From Deltaproteobacteria bacterium (GTDB lineage: Bacteria; Desulfobacterota; GWC2-55-46; UBA9637; GWC2-42-11), in the NCBI GenBank assembly GCA_016234925.1, contig JACRNI010000011.1:2666-66665 (forward strand): 64,000 bases of DNA. Reading direction: 5' to 3'. Below are positions 46,466-57,202 of the stretch, piece by piece (the first letter of the stretch is position 1; each line of letters begins with the position of its first letter). The position numbers and the translations under genes are program-made. The notes beneath the pieces are model-generated. The model was not told the DNA's origin. It was given only the letters and a program-made list of their open reading frames with translations, and made no database searches.

Positions 46466-47863
46466 TTAGATTTTCAGCAAAGAAAAGAAGGCATTGGAAT
46501 ATGCCCTAATATCATGGATAGACCTAATCTTAAATAATCTGCCTATGATATAGCCTGGTCTGCGGTAAAACTTTTTCCAGGCATAACGGGTAAACTCCTC
46601 AACCTCAGCCGGCGATACAGTAGGAAGATTAACAAGACATCGCGATGCTGTATACAAACTCAAATCCTCTGATAAGAGATATCCATTCTCTTTTGCCCAG
46701 TTATACATCGGCGTCCCAGGGTACGGTGTTGTAATATTAAAGAGCGCAAAGTCCGGCTTTGTTCTTAGTGTAAACTCAAGGGTTTTTTGCATGCTTTCCA
46801 CAGTCTCTCCCGGGTTGCCAAACATGAAAGAGGCGCGACATGCAATTCCCGCCTTTTTTGTGGCTTTAATAACCTGCTCAGCCTCTTCTATTTTTATATT
46901 CTTGTGGATATTCTTTAATATCTGTTCGTCTACAGACTCAACACCATAGCAAATATGGTGGCAGCCTGCCTTCTTCATAAGGCGCAACACATCCTCATCA
47001 ACAAATTTGACAATAGCATTGCAGCTCCATGTTATATCTATTTTATTTTTAAGTATCGCCTCGCAAAGCTGCACCATTCTGGAGCGTATTGCAGGAAGTG
47101 TATCATCGGAAAAAGAGATTTCCCGTATGCCATACTGCTGCGTTAATACCTTAAGCTCTTCAATAACATTTTCTATAGACCTCATCCTGAGTTTTCCCGG
47201 CCATATGGTTTGAGTGGCGCAATAAGTGCACTTAAATGGGCAGCCGCGGGATGTTATGATATTTATGGCAGGCAATCTTCTGAAAAGAGCTTCCGGCGGA
47301 TGATATTTTTCAATCTGAAACAGATGATACGACGGAAAGGGTATTTCATCAAGATTTGCAATAGGAAGCCTATCCGGATTATGTAGGAGTTTGCCATCTT
47401 TCTTGTAAGAAAGCCCCTTTATATTAGACAGTTCCTCTCCCCTCACAACAAGGTCAATTATTGTAACCTCCCCCTCTCCTCTCACAACATAATCCACATG
47501 CTCACTCTCAAGAAACATCTCAGGAGTAACAGTAGGCTGCACCCCTCCCATTACTACCTTTGCATCAGGAAATACCCTCTTACATATCCCTGCAATATCT
47601 TTTGCGGCATGGACAGTAGTGGCTGCCGAGGTTATTCCTATGAACTGCGGTATAAATCCGAGCATTGATAGGGTTTGCGGCAGGTCTTTAAGTCCCGCCC
47701 TATTCACATTAAGGTCCAGAATTTTTATACCAACCCCTTCCTTCTCAAGACAGGCTGCAATATATCCAAGTCCGAGCGACGGCAGACAACTGATGACTTT
47801 AAACCTTGCCCTGTTGTCGTCAGCCCTCTTTTCCCATGGCGGATTTATTAAAAGTACTTGCAT
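46466..47863 (-). CDS. B12-binding domain radical SAM protein
   Basis: 465 aa; N-terminal cobalamin-binding Rossmann, then SRGCPFKCTYC radical SAM motif. Confidence 0.8.
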   Translation of the reverse strand: MQVLLINPPWEKRADDNRARFKVISCLPSLGLGYIAACLEKEGVGIKILDLNVNRAGLKDLPQTLSMLGFIPQFIGITSAATTVHAAKDIAGICKRVFPDAKVVMGGVQPTVTPEMFLESEHVDYVVRGEGEVTIIDLVVRGEELSNIKGLSYKKDGKLLHNPDRLPIANLDEIPFPSYHLFQIEKYHPPEALFRRLPAINIITSRGCPFKCTYCATQTIWPGKLRMRSIENVIEELKVLTQQYGIREISFSDDTLPAIRSRMVQLCEAILKNKIDITWSCNAIVKFVDEDVLRLMKKAGCHHICYGVESVDEQILKNIHKNIKIEEAEQVIKATKKAGIACRASFMFGNPGETVESMQKTLEFTLRTKPDFALFNITTPYPGTPMYNWAKENGYLLSEDLSLYTASRCLVNLPTVSPAEVEEFTRYAWKKFYRRPGYIIGRLFKIRSIHDIRAYSNAFFSLLKI

Positions 47864-47885
47864 TCAATCCTCTTATTTTTAAAGA

Positions 47886-49886
47886 CTATTTTACGGTTGT
47901 TTCAGAAGAAGACATGTTGTGTCTTGCCGCGCCTATCAACCCAAGACAGAAACCCGTTGTTATGCTGATAAAGAGATTAGAGGCGGCAAAAATACCAGCC
48001 AATATCATTATAAACACATTTAAAAACAATACCTCTATAATAATAGCGCCGTCACCCTGCATTTTAAAGTATTTTATCATTCTAATAAAGCATGCGATTA
48101 GAACAATGCAAAAAACGAAAAATATAGCCAACCCAATAGCCCCATTTCTGTATAGCAATGCAAAAGGAAGAAGGTGAATGGCATGGACAGCCTTTACCCT
48201 ATTCCCATAGACACTTGCTATGGTTGGATCAGGACTTCTGGAAAGGTCTATTACTGCGCCGTTTCCATATCCAAAAAGGAAAGTCAATAAATTGCTTTTA
48301 ATCTTCTCCATTACAACTCTCGCCTCATAAATCCTATGGTTTATAGATTGGTTCATTGCCGGATATGCATATACCTCAAAATTTTCAAACAAATCATTAT
48401 CCGGATTGACCATGGCGCTAAGTTTATGCCCATCTATTTCTCCCTCAACAACGATGCCGCCATCAGCATAATAGACTCCATCCTTATATTCAAGGACAAA
48501 TAACCATAATTCCACCACATCTATTTTACTCCTTATCTCTTTGGAGACAGTTAAAAATTCCCATTTGCCATTTCCGGAATATACCGTAGAATTGGCATAA
48601 ATAGGGCCATCAGAATCTAAATTAGTATCAATATCTGAGATACGAAGCATTATCTTTTTATCAGTTGGAGAAAAAACCCAGCATCCAAAGGTTATCTTGC
48701 GGCCGTCAAAATAAAACTTATCATAATCATCTGATATCCGGATACGAGCATAAAACTGCTTTGACGCATCTGAATTAACTTTAATAAATTTTAAACTACT
48801 TTGTCCGATTTTTTTTATGGTTGGTTCTATCTCATATCTTCCCTCACCAATAACCTCTACTATTTTACGCACACTAACCACCTTTACCTCCGGCGACTCA
48901 ATACCTTTAGCCTTCTCTTCCTGAACCACCTTTACCTCCGGCGACTCAATACCTTTAGCCTTCTCTTCCTTAATAATATTATCATTAATCTTATTATAAA
49001 CACTTGTATATGCCTGCAACATCTTTGAATAAACTGGGTGAAAATGAAGGTATACTGCTTTTTCTTCAATTAAATCAAACCTCCAGAATAAAGATATGGA
49101 AATAAAAACTACTAACAACACGGCTGCAAACCTCTTAACAAAACCCTTTTCAGTGATACGGATAGAAAATACAAGTGCCATTGCAGTAAATATCTGAAGA
49201 AAAGATGTTAGACGTAATGACCTGGAAAAAACTGCCGGCAGAATACCAATAAGCAATGCCATATAAATCCATCTGTTTTTGCTCAGTGTTGCGAGTATCA
49301 TCAATGATACAATTATAAATGTCTCAGTGAATGGCAAAGTATAAAATCCCATGGGACTAATCTCCTTGTAAATCATTATTGCAAACCCATGGATAGGAAA
49401 TGAGAAGAGGATAATCTGGAAGAAGAGCATAAAATAGAAAAGGCTTCTTATACCTCTATCTTCTTTGATATAATTTCTAACAAAAAAATAACTGAGTGGT
49501 ATAATTGATAATAAAAAGGTATCTCCAAATAGATATCTTAAACTATTGCCATTTATGGCGCCTACAATAAACGCAATGACATCATATGCAAGCCAAAGCA
49601 TAAGCATGATTTCTATTCCATCCCGTTTGTTAAATCCCTTTAAGAACCTTAAAATAGAAGGAATAGTAAAGGCAAAGAATATGGGACCAAAGATAAGCCC
49701 CCAATATGGCCTAACTTTACCTTCTACTATGAATGCCTTTCCACCTTTAGTAATATCTGTACCTGAAAATTTAGAAATAAAAAAGAAGCCGAGTATCGCA
49801 TATAACAAGACGCCGCAGAGGTATAATAAGGCTACCCTTCCTATTTGAGCATCAAATCTGTTTTTAATCCAATCAAATAATTTCAT
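47886..49886 (-). CDS. O-antigen ligase/polymerase (Wzy-like) with large inserted soluble domain
   Basis: 666 aa; multiple TM helices, Wzy_C-like region around LTFLFGYGNG. Perfect 48-bp tandem duplication at 48877-48972 (EEKAKGIESPEVKVVQ x2). Confidence 0.5.
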   Translation of the reverse strand: MKLFDWIKNRFDAQIGRVALLYLCGVLLYAILGFFFISKFSGTDITKGGKAFIVEGKVRPYWGLIFGPIFFAFTIPSILRFLKGFNKRDGIEIMLMLWLAYDVIAFIVGAINGNSLRYLFGDTFLLSIIPLSYFFVRNYIKEDRGIRSLFYFMLFFQIILFSFPIHGFAIMIYKEISPMGFYTLPFTETFIIVSLMILATLSKNRWIYMALLIGILPAVFSRSLRLTSFLQIFTAMALVFSIRITEKGFVKRFAAVLLVVFISISLFWRFDLIEEKAVYLHFHPVYSKMLQAYTSVYNKINDNIIKEEKAKGIESPEVKVVQEEKAKGIESPEVKVVSVRKIVEVIGEGRYEIEPTIKKIGQSSLKFIKVNSDASKQFYARIRISDDYDKFYFDGRKITFGCWVFSPTDKKIMLRISDIDTNLDSDGPIYANSTVYSGNGKWEFLTVSKEIRSKIDVVELWLFVLEYKDGVYYADGGIVVEGEIDGHKLSAMVNPDNDLFENFEVYAYPAMNQSINHRIYEARVVMEKIKSNLLTFLFGYGNGAVIDLSRSPDPTIASVYGNRVKAVHAIHLLPFALLYRNGAIGLAIFFVFCIVLIACFIRMIKYFKMQGDGAIIIEVLFLNVFIMILAGIFAASNLFISITTGFCLGLIGAARHNMSSSETTVK

Positions 49887-49888
49887 AT

Positions 49889-50614
49889 CTAAATATGGGC
49901 AAAATAGGAGCTCGCCTCCTTCAGTTCAACCGGAGAGTTTACATTGATATACCTGTCACAGAGATTAAAAGATTTGACTATCCTCCCATCATCTATGGCG
50001 CACTGAATCAAATCGGGCAGTTCCTTTTCCCCTCTTTTCTGGTTGATGGGGGTCTGCTCTATATACGAAAGAATTTCATTTTTAAAAATACAATTTCCTG
50101 TGCCCATTACATTGTTCAGCGGATTCTTTGGTTTCTCAATCAGCCTGAAGATTCTTTTATCATCGCCTTGAATAATAGCGTATGTCCTGCTTATAAGAGC
50201 CCTATCCTCTACCTCGACAATCCCACAGACACCAAAAAGACCTTCCTGCGTATATTTTTTGACCATCTCGCCGTGCTTCGGGTTTACTAATACCTCGTCG
50301 CCCAACATCATCATAAAATCACTATCTCCAATTATATATTTACTGCACTCTATAGCATGAACCACACCCCTTTGTTCCTGTTGTATTACATATTTGAGGA
50401 GTTTTCCTTTATACGCATTGCCATAGGCGTTAATTATCTCCTCTGCCATATATCCAACAACAATAATTATCTCATATACCTCTGCCTTTACCGCACAATC
50501 GAGGCTGTATTCAATAAGAGGCCGTCCGGAAACCTTCAACATGCATTTATTTTGACTCTCCGATGCCTGACCAAGCCTCTTTCCTCTGCCGCCTGCCAGG
50601 ATTAACGCTTTCAT
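49889..50614 (-). CDS. Sugar-phosphate nucleotidyltransferase
   Basis: 241 aa; MKALILAGGRGKRLG signature. Confidence 0.85.
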   Translation of the reverse strand: MKALILAGGRGKRLGQASESQNKCMLKVSGRPLIEYSLDCAVKAEVYEIIIVVGYMAEEIINAYGNAYKGKLLKYVIQQEQRGVVHAIECSKYIIGDSDFMMMLGDEVLVNPKHGEMVKKYTQEGLFGVCGIVEVEDRALISRTYAIIQGDDKRIFRLIEKPKNPLNNVMGTGNCIFKNEILSYIEQTPINQKRGEKELPDLIQCAIDDGRIVKSFNLCDRYINVNSPVELKEASSYFAHI

Positions 50615-50618
50615 GCCA

Positions 50619-51650
50619 TCACGCTCCTTTAAATAGCTCCCTGTTTTTTTGAACCCACTTTACCAACTCTTCTATTCCGTTTCGCGGAGAAATTTTAGGC
50701 TCCCACTGCAATTCTCTTTTTGCTTTGCCAATATCACATACAAAATACTGAAGGTCGCCGTGACGGCTTTCTGCAAAATTGACTTGAATGTCTTTACCTA
50801 AAATCTCTCTGAGAACATCCATGCATTCCAGAAGCGAGATTGAAAATTTTGTTCCGCCGCCAATATTATAGATCCCGGGTTTTCTTGCCTTATAAAACGC
50901 ATCAAACGCAGCAGCAACATCTGTTGCATATAAAATATCGCGCACCTGTTTGCCTGTTCCATATATCGTTATTGGCCAACCCAGCGCGCTTCTGATAGAA
51001 AAGTTGGCAACCCACCCATGGTCTTCCCCTCCAAATTGTCTCGACCCGTAAAGACCTGTTAAACGAAAACTGGCTGCCTCCATCTTATAGGTGTCAATAT
51101 ATGTTTTCACATAAATATCTCCTGTGCCCTTTGAAGCATGAAGCGGAGTAATAGTCCCTTCTAGTGTCGGATGATTTTCATCAATAGCCTCCGGCACCCT
51201 TATATAGCGCGTCTTCCCTTGTTTGAGGGTTTCATTAATCTTGTTGCCGTAAACATGAACGCTTGCGCAGCATGCAACAGGAATTTTAAACTTTCTTGCC
51301 GCCTCCAGCACATTAAATGTGCCAAGGGCATTTGTTGTAAAATCCAGTTGAGGGTCTTCCCAGCTTATAGTCATTGCAGGCTGGGCAGCGGTATGGATGA
51401 TATAATTGCATCCTTGAGCATTATCCAAAATCTCCTCAAAATTTCTTATGTCAGCCTTTACCATCTTGACGCCAAGGTTTTTTAAATAGTCCCAGTTATA
51501 GTTTCGGGATGCATCAGATGCGTATCCGGTTCTCACTATCTCATGTTTGGTCATATTGTCATACGATATAACCTCGTCCCCTTTTTTAATGTAGTACTCG
51601 CAGACATGCGACCCTATGAACCCGCAGCCCCCTGTTACCAATACCTTCAT
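50619..51650 (-). CDS. NAD-dependent sugar epimerase/dehydratase (SDR family)
   Basis: 343 aa; VLVTGGCGFIGSH and YxxxK (YATDVAAAFD region). Confidence 0.85.
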   Translation of the reverse strand: MKVLVTGGCGFIGSHVCEYYIKKGDEVISYDNMTKHEIVRTGYASDASRNYNWDYLKNLGVKMVKADIRNFEEILDNAQGCNYIIHTAAQPAMTISWEDPQLDFTTNALGTFNVLEAARKFKIPVACCASVHVYGNKINETLKQGKTRYIRVPEAIDENHPTLEGTITPLHASKGTGDIYVKTYIDTYKMEAASFRLTGLYGSRQFGGEDHGWVANFSIRSALGWPITIYGTGKQVRDILYATDVAAAFDAFYKARKPGIYNIGGGTKFSISLLECMDVLREILGKDIQVNFAESRHGDLQYFVCDIGKAKRELQWEPKISPRNGIEELVKWVQKNRELFKGA

Positions 51651-52828
51651 TCATTGCCTCCTTTATTTTTTATAATATCCTCAAAAATTTGAAGATTTCT
51701 TTTTGCAAAATTAGCCCATGTTAGATTATTCTTCACCCATTCTTTACTCACGATAGTTTTTTCACGATAGGCGGAAGGATTCCTATATATATCAAAGACT
51801 GCATCGGCATAGTTCTGCGTTACTATCCCCAATCCTTCCCTCTTAATAAGACTTGCTGCGCCCATAGTGCCTGAAACTATGACAGGAACAGACGCACACA
51901 TCGCCTCAAACGGCGCAAGCCATCCGCCCTGCGTCTTTACCGGAAACAGCGCCACATTGCTCGCACAATATATAGCAGCTATTTCGTTTTTTGGCAAGTG
52001 TCCAAGGAAAAATATATGCTCATTCATCTTGTTTTCTCTAATATAACCCCTAATGCTTTTTTCATAATCGTTACTGCCTGTACCTGCTAAAAGGAGAATG
52101 ATATTTGGTATCTTGTTTTTTAATTCTTTTACTGCCGTCACACTTTCCATCTGGTTTTTCTGGGGAGTTATGGTTCCAACCTGTGTTACGATGAACTTAT
52201 CCTGTAAACCATACTTTTCTATAACGACGCTGCCATCACCTTCTGAAAACAGGTCATACTCAATGCCGTACGAAATTATGTCAAAGTCCATTCCATAACG
52301 GCCGCCTATACGCTCGCCATTGAGTTCGTCGGCTACGCAGAGCCTTTGAACGGTTCTTCTGACAATAAATCTGTCTATATGATACCCAACCTCGCGAATC
52401 ACTTTTAGCAGGATGGAAGAACCCTCTTTATTCCACATATCCGGAGGCTCATTGCACATCCAGACAATATTCTTATGGCCGGTGAAAGCAAGCGCCCATG
52501 TGGCTGGAAAGTTGTGTGTGTTTATTATGTCATACCCAGCGGCATATCTCATTACAAGCCTTCTTAATGCCATGACCTCGGCAAAGAGCCTTTTCATGCT
52601 CCCGGCAAAACTCCTGTTCTGGAGATTAACGCCGAAGCACTCCTCAGGAGTAATCACCTCTACCCCTTCACAGAGGGACTTGACCTCTTCCGAGATGGAG
52701 AGCGTCAGAACCGAATTTTCCACGTCTAACTTCTTAATCTCTCTTGCGAGGTTTATGACAACCGTCTCCGCCCCTCCGTAGAAAGACATATGCGGATGAA
52801 CGATAAGAACCTTCATAGATAAATCCAA
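51647..52828 (-). CDS. Glycosyltransferase family 4
   Basis: 393 aa; GT-B fold, conserved C-terminal FPVKTQGGWLAPFEAMCASVPVIVS. Confidence 0.75.
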   Translation of the reverse strand: MDLSMKVLIVHPHMSFYGGAETVVINLAREIKKLDVENSVLTLSISEEVKSLCEGVEVITPEECFGVNLQNRSFAGSMKRLFAEVMALRRLVMRYAAGYDIINTHNFPATWALAFTGHKNIVWMCNEPPDMWNKEGSSILLKVIREVGYHIDRFIVRRTVQRLCVADELNGERIGGRYGMDFDIISYGIEYDLFSEGDGSVVIEKYGLQDKFIVTQVGTITPQKNQMESVTAVKELKNKIPNIILLLAGTGSNDYEKSIRGYIRENKMNEHIFFLGHLPKNEIAAIYCASNVALFPVKTQGGWLAPFEAMCASVPVIVSGTMGAASLIKREGLGIVTQNYADAVFDIYRNPSAYREKTIVSKEWVKNNLTWANFAKRNLQIFEDIIKNKGGNE

Positions 52829-53142
52829 GTGCAGTTTACCATGTTTTCAGTCTTTAACAAGGTATGCCGCCATGCACGGTCTTTGATTATTAAAATCGGC
52901 ACTCTGGCTCGAGATATTATTTTGTCTATTATCATTGTTTTAATTGCAAGCCCTTTCTTTCAAACTGATTTGAAAAAAATCTCTCATTGCCACATTCAAC
53001 GAGCAAGTGCAACACTTGAGCTAAAGACCTCATCAGGAGTTTTATAATCAAGACACTTGCGAGGACTGTTATTTAATAAAGATTCAATGTGTTTTATCTG
53101 TTGCGGACTCACTATAGCAAAATCGGTTTTCTTAGGCAAGAA

Positions 53143-54025
53143 TCATCTAACAAGACCAACGGCATTCGGAGCAGCCCCCTTTTCCCAACTGTGGTAAGGG
53201 TTGCAAAAATAGGATTTTGTTCCAAGTTTTTTATTGGTTTTAAGATGCTCCACATTCTCTGAACCGTTATTATAGGTTATAGTCCGTTTCAGAGAAGAGG
53301 AATACGGCTTTAGCCGCTCCTCAATTGCACGAGAGAATAGATGATAAGACTTTTGTTTGATCTTTTTAAGGTGAATGATTCTACTTTTGCGCTCCAGGAG
53401 AACGGCTATTGCAGCAAGGCTTTGACGCGACACAACGGTATCGGTTTCCCAGTGGCCCGATTGTCTGCGTTTTGCGATATAATGGGGCCTTTTTTCAATG
53501 GAAATACGCTCTGGGATATGGCTTTTACTATGTTTACGGGAATATCCGCATTTAAGCCTTTTTCTGTGGCTGCGGGGAAGATAAACTGTTAAGTCTTCCT
53601 GTTTGCGTTGTTCTTTGTTATAGATAAACTGGTATATGGCCTCATGGCTTATGGAGAGATTTGGATGCTCATTAGACCATCGCCCTGAGATTGTTTCAGG
53701 AGACCAGCCAAGTTTCAGTTTTTCGATTGTATATGCCATTAAGTTCTTTGTTTTTGAGTCTAGGTCTCTGACCTGACTTGCATTTTCGTTCTTTTGAGCG
53801 TTCCTGCGCCTTATGAGGCAGATAGCAATCATAGACTGGAGATTTATTGCGTCTTATCTCTCGTGAAATAGCGCCTTTATCACGGTTTATGAGTCTTGCT
53901 ATTTCACTTGCCTTAAAACCTTGAGCGCGAAGAACTGCTATATGGTCTCTCTCTTCGCTTGAGAGATGTTTATAGTTTTGTTTGTGCCATTCACTTAGGA
54001 TACCGTCCTCTCCTAAGTGTTGCAC
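53143..54025 (-). mobile_element. IS30-family transposase remnant (frameshifted into two ORFs and C-terminally truncated)
   Basis: ORF 53696-54025 carries the IS30 N-terminal HTH (LSSEERDHIAVLRAQGFKASEIARLINRDKGAISREIRRN). ORF 53143-53832 carries the DDE integrase core (GHWETDTV...YFCNPYHSWEKG). No intact terminal inverted repeats found. Confidence 0.7.
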
Positions 54026-54157
54026 TTCCTTATTGAACTGGGGGGCGTATTTTTTTTATTTGTTATCAATTTGTTTACTCCTATTCTATCTGTTATATGC
54101 ATATTAGATTACCCAGAAAAACCAAAAAATGTCATCCTATTCTATAGAACTTTTTAA

Positions 54158-55243
54158 CTAACAACGTAGCCATTCTATCACCTTTTTGAGCCCTACCTTT
54201 TTATAGCAAAATTTAGTAAATGCTAGCCCTTTTTCTCCAAATAAGCGATTTATAAGAAGATGGATATATATAAACCTTGTATTAAATAATCTTTGTCTCC
54301 AACTATAGTTAGATCTGTAATTAAAAACATGTTTTACAATTTCAATATAATCATCATAATTATCTTTATTACCTTTTTTGAGTTCGCCTGTTTGTTTTGG
54401 AATTCTAAATTCAGCCCAAATATGCTTCGGCATCTGTCGTGGCAAGGAGTTTATAGTAAGCCCTGCGCGTTGAGCTATCACTCTTAATGAATTCTCAGAA
54501 AAAGTAAATGTATGCTCTTTACAAAGTAAATAATCATCCCCTGTATGTGGGTCGCCTTGCAAATGCCATATATCGGGTGTTTCTATTATAAATCGCCCAT
54601 CTTCTTTCAATAATGTTTTAACCTTTTTTAAAAAAGCAGTAGGGAACTCAACATGCTCAATGACATGAAATGCTAATATCAAATCATACGTAATATTATC
54701 TGTAAAATTCTCAAGATAGCCATTAAAAACATCTAAACCTTTCCTTTTAGATAATTCATACAAAGACTGAGATGGCTCAATTCCTTTCACTAAGTGTCCT
54801 TCTTGCCTTAACAACTCAAGCGTCACACCATGAGCACTTCCAATTTCTAATATATTTAACACAGAGGTTGTATACGTATGTAAGTAATTGCGTATGTATG
54901 TAAACCGAACCTTATTACCATGTGAAATATATCCTTCGGGAATTACACTATATATAAATTCGGAATATTCACTACTATAAAACTTTTTTATCTCTGCAGA
55001 ATCCATTCTAGGATTTTGATACACCAAACCACACCCACGGCAGACAACATTTGTTACAGGTTCTTTAAAACGCCCCATGGCTTCTAAAACAATACAATTA
55101 TCGGTATCACAAATGTCACACTTCACATATTTCATACAAACCTCATTCTTCTCAAATACTGTGCCCCTTTTACCTAGTACCAATTCTAATAGTATAGGAG
55201 AAGTTGATTTTAGCAAAATCGCCAGACCCGAGCATGCATGCAA
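54158..55243 (-). CDS. Class I SAM-dependent methyltransferase with N-terminal Cys4 zinc ribbon
   Basis: 361 aa; CDICDTDNC...CRGCG ribbon then LNILEIGSAHG SAM motif. Confidence 0.7.
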   Translation of the reverse strand: MHACSGLAILLKSTSPILLELVLGKRGTVFEKNEVCMKYVKCDICDTDNCIVLEAMGRFKEPVTNVVCRGCGLVYQNPRMDSAEIKKFYSSEYSEFIYSVIPEGYISHGNKVRFTYIRNYLHTYTTSVLNILEIGSAHGVTLELLRQEGHLVKGIEPSQSLYELSKRKGLDVFNGYLENFTDNITYDLILAFHVIEHVEFPTAFLKKVKTLLKEDGRFIIETPDIWHLQGDPHTGDDYLLCKEHTFTFSENSLRVIAQRAGLTINSLPRQMPKHIWAEFRIPKQTGELKKGNKDNYDDYIEIVKHVFNYRSNYSWRQRLFNTRFIYIHLLINRLFGEKGLAFTKFCYKKVGLKKVIEWLRC

Positions 55244-55255
55244 GACACGTCATAA

Positions 55256-55576
55256 CTACAAAAAAAGAACCCGCTTGTCATCTGTCCAAGAAAAAGAAAA
55301 AAGAGGTTGTAGCCTACTAACAGGACACGGAATATCTTTTTCTTTTATGCTTTTTAACACCTCTATCCCATTCATGCCGGACATCATTATATCAAGAAGT
55401 ATAATGTCGGGGATTGCATTATTGAGTTCAGAAAGGGCTTGTTTCCCGTCTTCTGCTGTGATGACCTTGAAACCGCTGTCATTAAGGATCTCCGATATAG
55501 TCATCCTTATATTCTTATCATCATCAACGACAAGGACAGTTCCTTTGTAGTTTGTTTTTTTTAATGAATGCCTCAT
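55256..55576 (-). CDS. Response-regulator receiver domain protein (stand-alone, possibly truncated)
   Basis: VLVVDDDKNIRMTISEIL...DIILLDIMMSGMNGIEV receiver motifs. The called ORF (to 55666) begins inside a MITE family 2 copy, so I trimmed the start to MRHSLKK. Confidence 0.55.
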   Translation of the reverse strand: MRHSLKKTNYKGTVLVVDDDKNIRMTISEILNDSGFKVITAEDGKQALSELNNAIPDIILLDIMMSGMNGIEVLKSIKEKDIPCPVSRLQPLFSFSWTDDKRVLFL

Positions 55577-55583
55577 ATATTCT

Positions 55584-55718
55584 ATACAGAGCGTCATAAC
55601 TTCGCATACCTGCGTTGCTCCTCGGCTCGTCGCTGCGGCGTATCCTGAAAATACGCCTCCTCTCACTCCTCACTTTCGTCGCGCCACAGGTCTCTCTTTG
55701 TTCTGACGCTCTGTATGC
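55584..55718 (+). repeat. MITE-like family 2 copy
   Basis: ATACAGAGCGTCATAACTTCGCATACCTGCGTTGCTCCTCGGCTCGTCGC ... TTGTTCTGACGCTCTGTATGC. Confidence 0.7.
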
Positions 55719-55820
55719 GGCTTTATTTATGTCGTTGTGTATATCTTTTGGCAAGCCAATCCGTATCATGTTTGAAAATTTAAAAATTATAATCTAGAGG
55801 ATACAATTTTAGTCTAAAAT

Positions 55821-55894
55821 ATTATTCTTGTCTACCTGTCCTTTTCGACAGGTAGACAAGAATAATAAAAATGTATTATATATAATACATTTTT
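55821..55894. repeat. Two adjacent perfect palindromes
   Basis: ATTATTCTTGTCTACCTGTC-CTTTTCG-GACAGGTAGACAAGAATAAT followed by AAAAATGTATTATATATAATACATTTTT. Confidence 0.6.
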
Positions 55895-55959
55895 TTAAAA
55901 AATTAAACTGACCCTATTGCCAGTTACGCAAAAATAAAATTTCTGTTAGATATGCCTTC

Positions 55960-56341
55960 ATGGAACTGATATTTCAGGAAGGCAGTTACCTAATCAAAAC
56001 CCTGTCAACCCATGAAGAGATGGAGGCAGCGTATCGTTTAAGGCATGAGGTTTTTGTTGATGAACTTAAGTGGGTTCCGGCATGTCCGTTCTATTCCGGC
56101 GCCCCACCCATTCATGATAGAAAAAGAATTTGCATGCCTTTTACCGAAAGACAAACCTTTCAGAAAACTTCCCGATATGGCGGAGGTTACAAGAATATGC
56201 GTTAAAAAAGAGTACAGAACAATGCTATACTCTTCTTTAACACTCTGCCATCTTCTTTATAAAGCTTTTTATCAATGGAGTCTTTTGGAGGATATTAGCA
56301 GTTTGCGGAAAAACCCTATTAAGACAAAACATTTCGTATGA
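55960..56341 (+). pseudogene. Frameshifted and truncated N-acyl amino acid synthase (PEP-CTERM/exosortase-associated GNAT-like acyltransferase)
   Basis: ORF1 MELIFQEGSYLIKTLSTHEEMEAAYRLRHEVFVDELKWVPA, then a second frame carrying AEVTRICVKKEYR; total far shorter than the ~250 aa family. Confidence 0.45.
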
Positions 56342-56452
56342 TAGACAAAACTTTTGACCCTGCAGCATGTTTTAACAATAACACCTCGTGCATTGAAACC
56401 CCTGATGGAGGGGTCTTTTCATGCCAATTATAATGCTGTTTCCGCTTCTTTT

Positions 56453-56961
56453 TCATGCCGCTGCCTCTATGGGCATAAGTTTAGCCATTCTAATGAGATT
56501 ATAGGCAGCGCCTACAAGCCATGCCGCCAGTTGGGTTCGGTCTCTTCCTTTGTATCTGGTCTTTCTGAGTCCTCCGGTAGTCTTCATCCAACCGAATATC
56601 TCTTCAACCCTTTTTCTGATACGTTGGCTTATGGCATAACCGCTGTGGCGGGTGGTTCGTCCGTCTATGGCAGAGCCGCCTCTCCTCAGGGATTGCCAGA
56701 GTCTCCATCAGACGGCATATCAGGAGGGTCTTCGTCTTTGGGGCGAAAGCTCTTAAGGCTTGCCCATGCGTCTATCAAGGTGCCGTCAACAGTAAAGTGG
56801 TCATCGCTCATAAGTCCGGAATCTCTTGCTTTTTTGACAATGGCGTCAAAACTGTCTTCAATTGTATTCATGTCAAGAAACCAACGAAAAAGTAGGTTGT
56901 AATCCATCTGCTCGCAAAACTGCCTTTCGCTCCTTACGGAATAAAGGGCTATAAGGAGCAT
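56453..56961 (-). mobile_element. IS5/IS1182-family transposase remnant with internal deletion
   Basis: ORF 56686-56961 holds the InsH-type N-terminus (DYNLLFRWFLDMN...VDGTLIDAWASLKSFRPKD). A different frame at 56453-56708 encodes the family C-terminus (RKRVEEIFGWMKTTGGLRKTRYKGRDRTQLAAWLVGAAYNLIRMAKL). Confidence 0.7.
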
Positions 56962-57202
56962 GCTCTTGAGTATTCTTTCAGGAGGGATGGATGGACGACC
57001 TTTGGAACTCTTTGTTCAGGGGATATTATGGAAAGCATGGTTGCTTGTCTTTCATGGGTTCCTCTCATATGTTATTCCTCCAAGTTTTAAGTTTCGGGTA
57101 TATTATCATATGAGGCTTTTATTTTGAATATGTAATTGAGAGTTTTTCAGCAAACTGCTAGGACCTTCTTATTTATCATCTACCTTGTACATGGCAGATT
57201 TT

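Noticed and set aside
56354-56902. 182-aa plus-strand ORF rich in Ser/Gly
   Set aside because: The opposite strand encodes recognisable IS5-family transposase N- and C-terminal segments, so the plus ORF is a shadow of the IS remnant.
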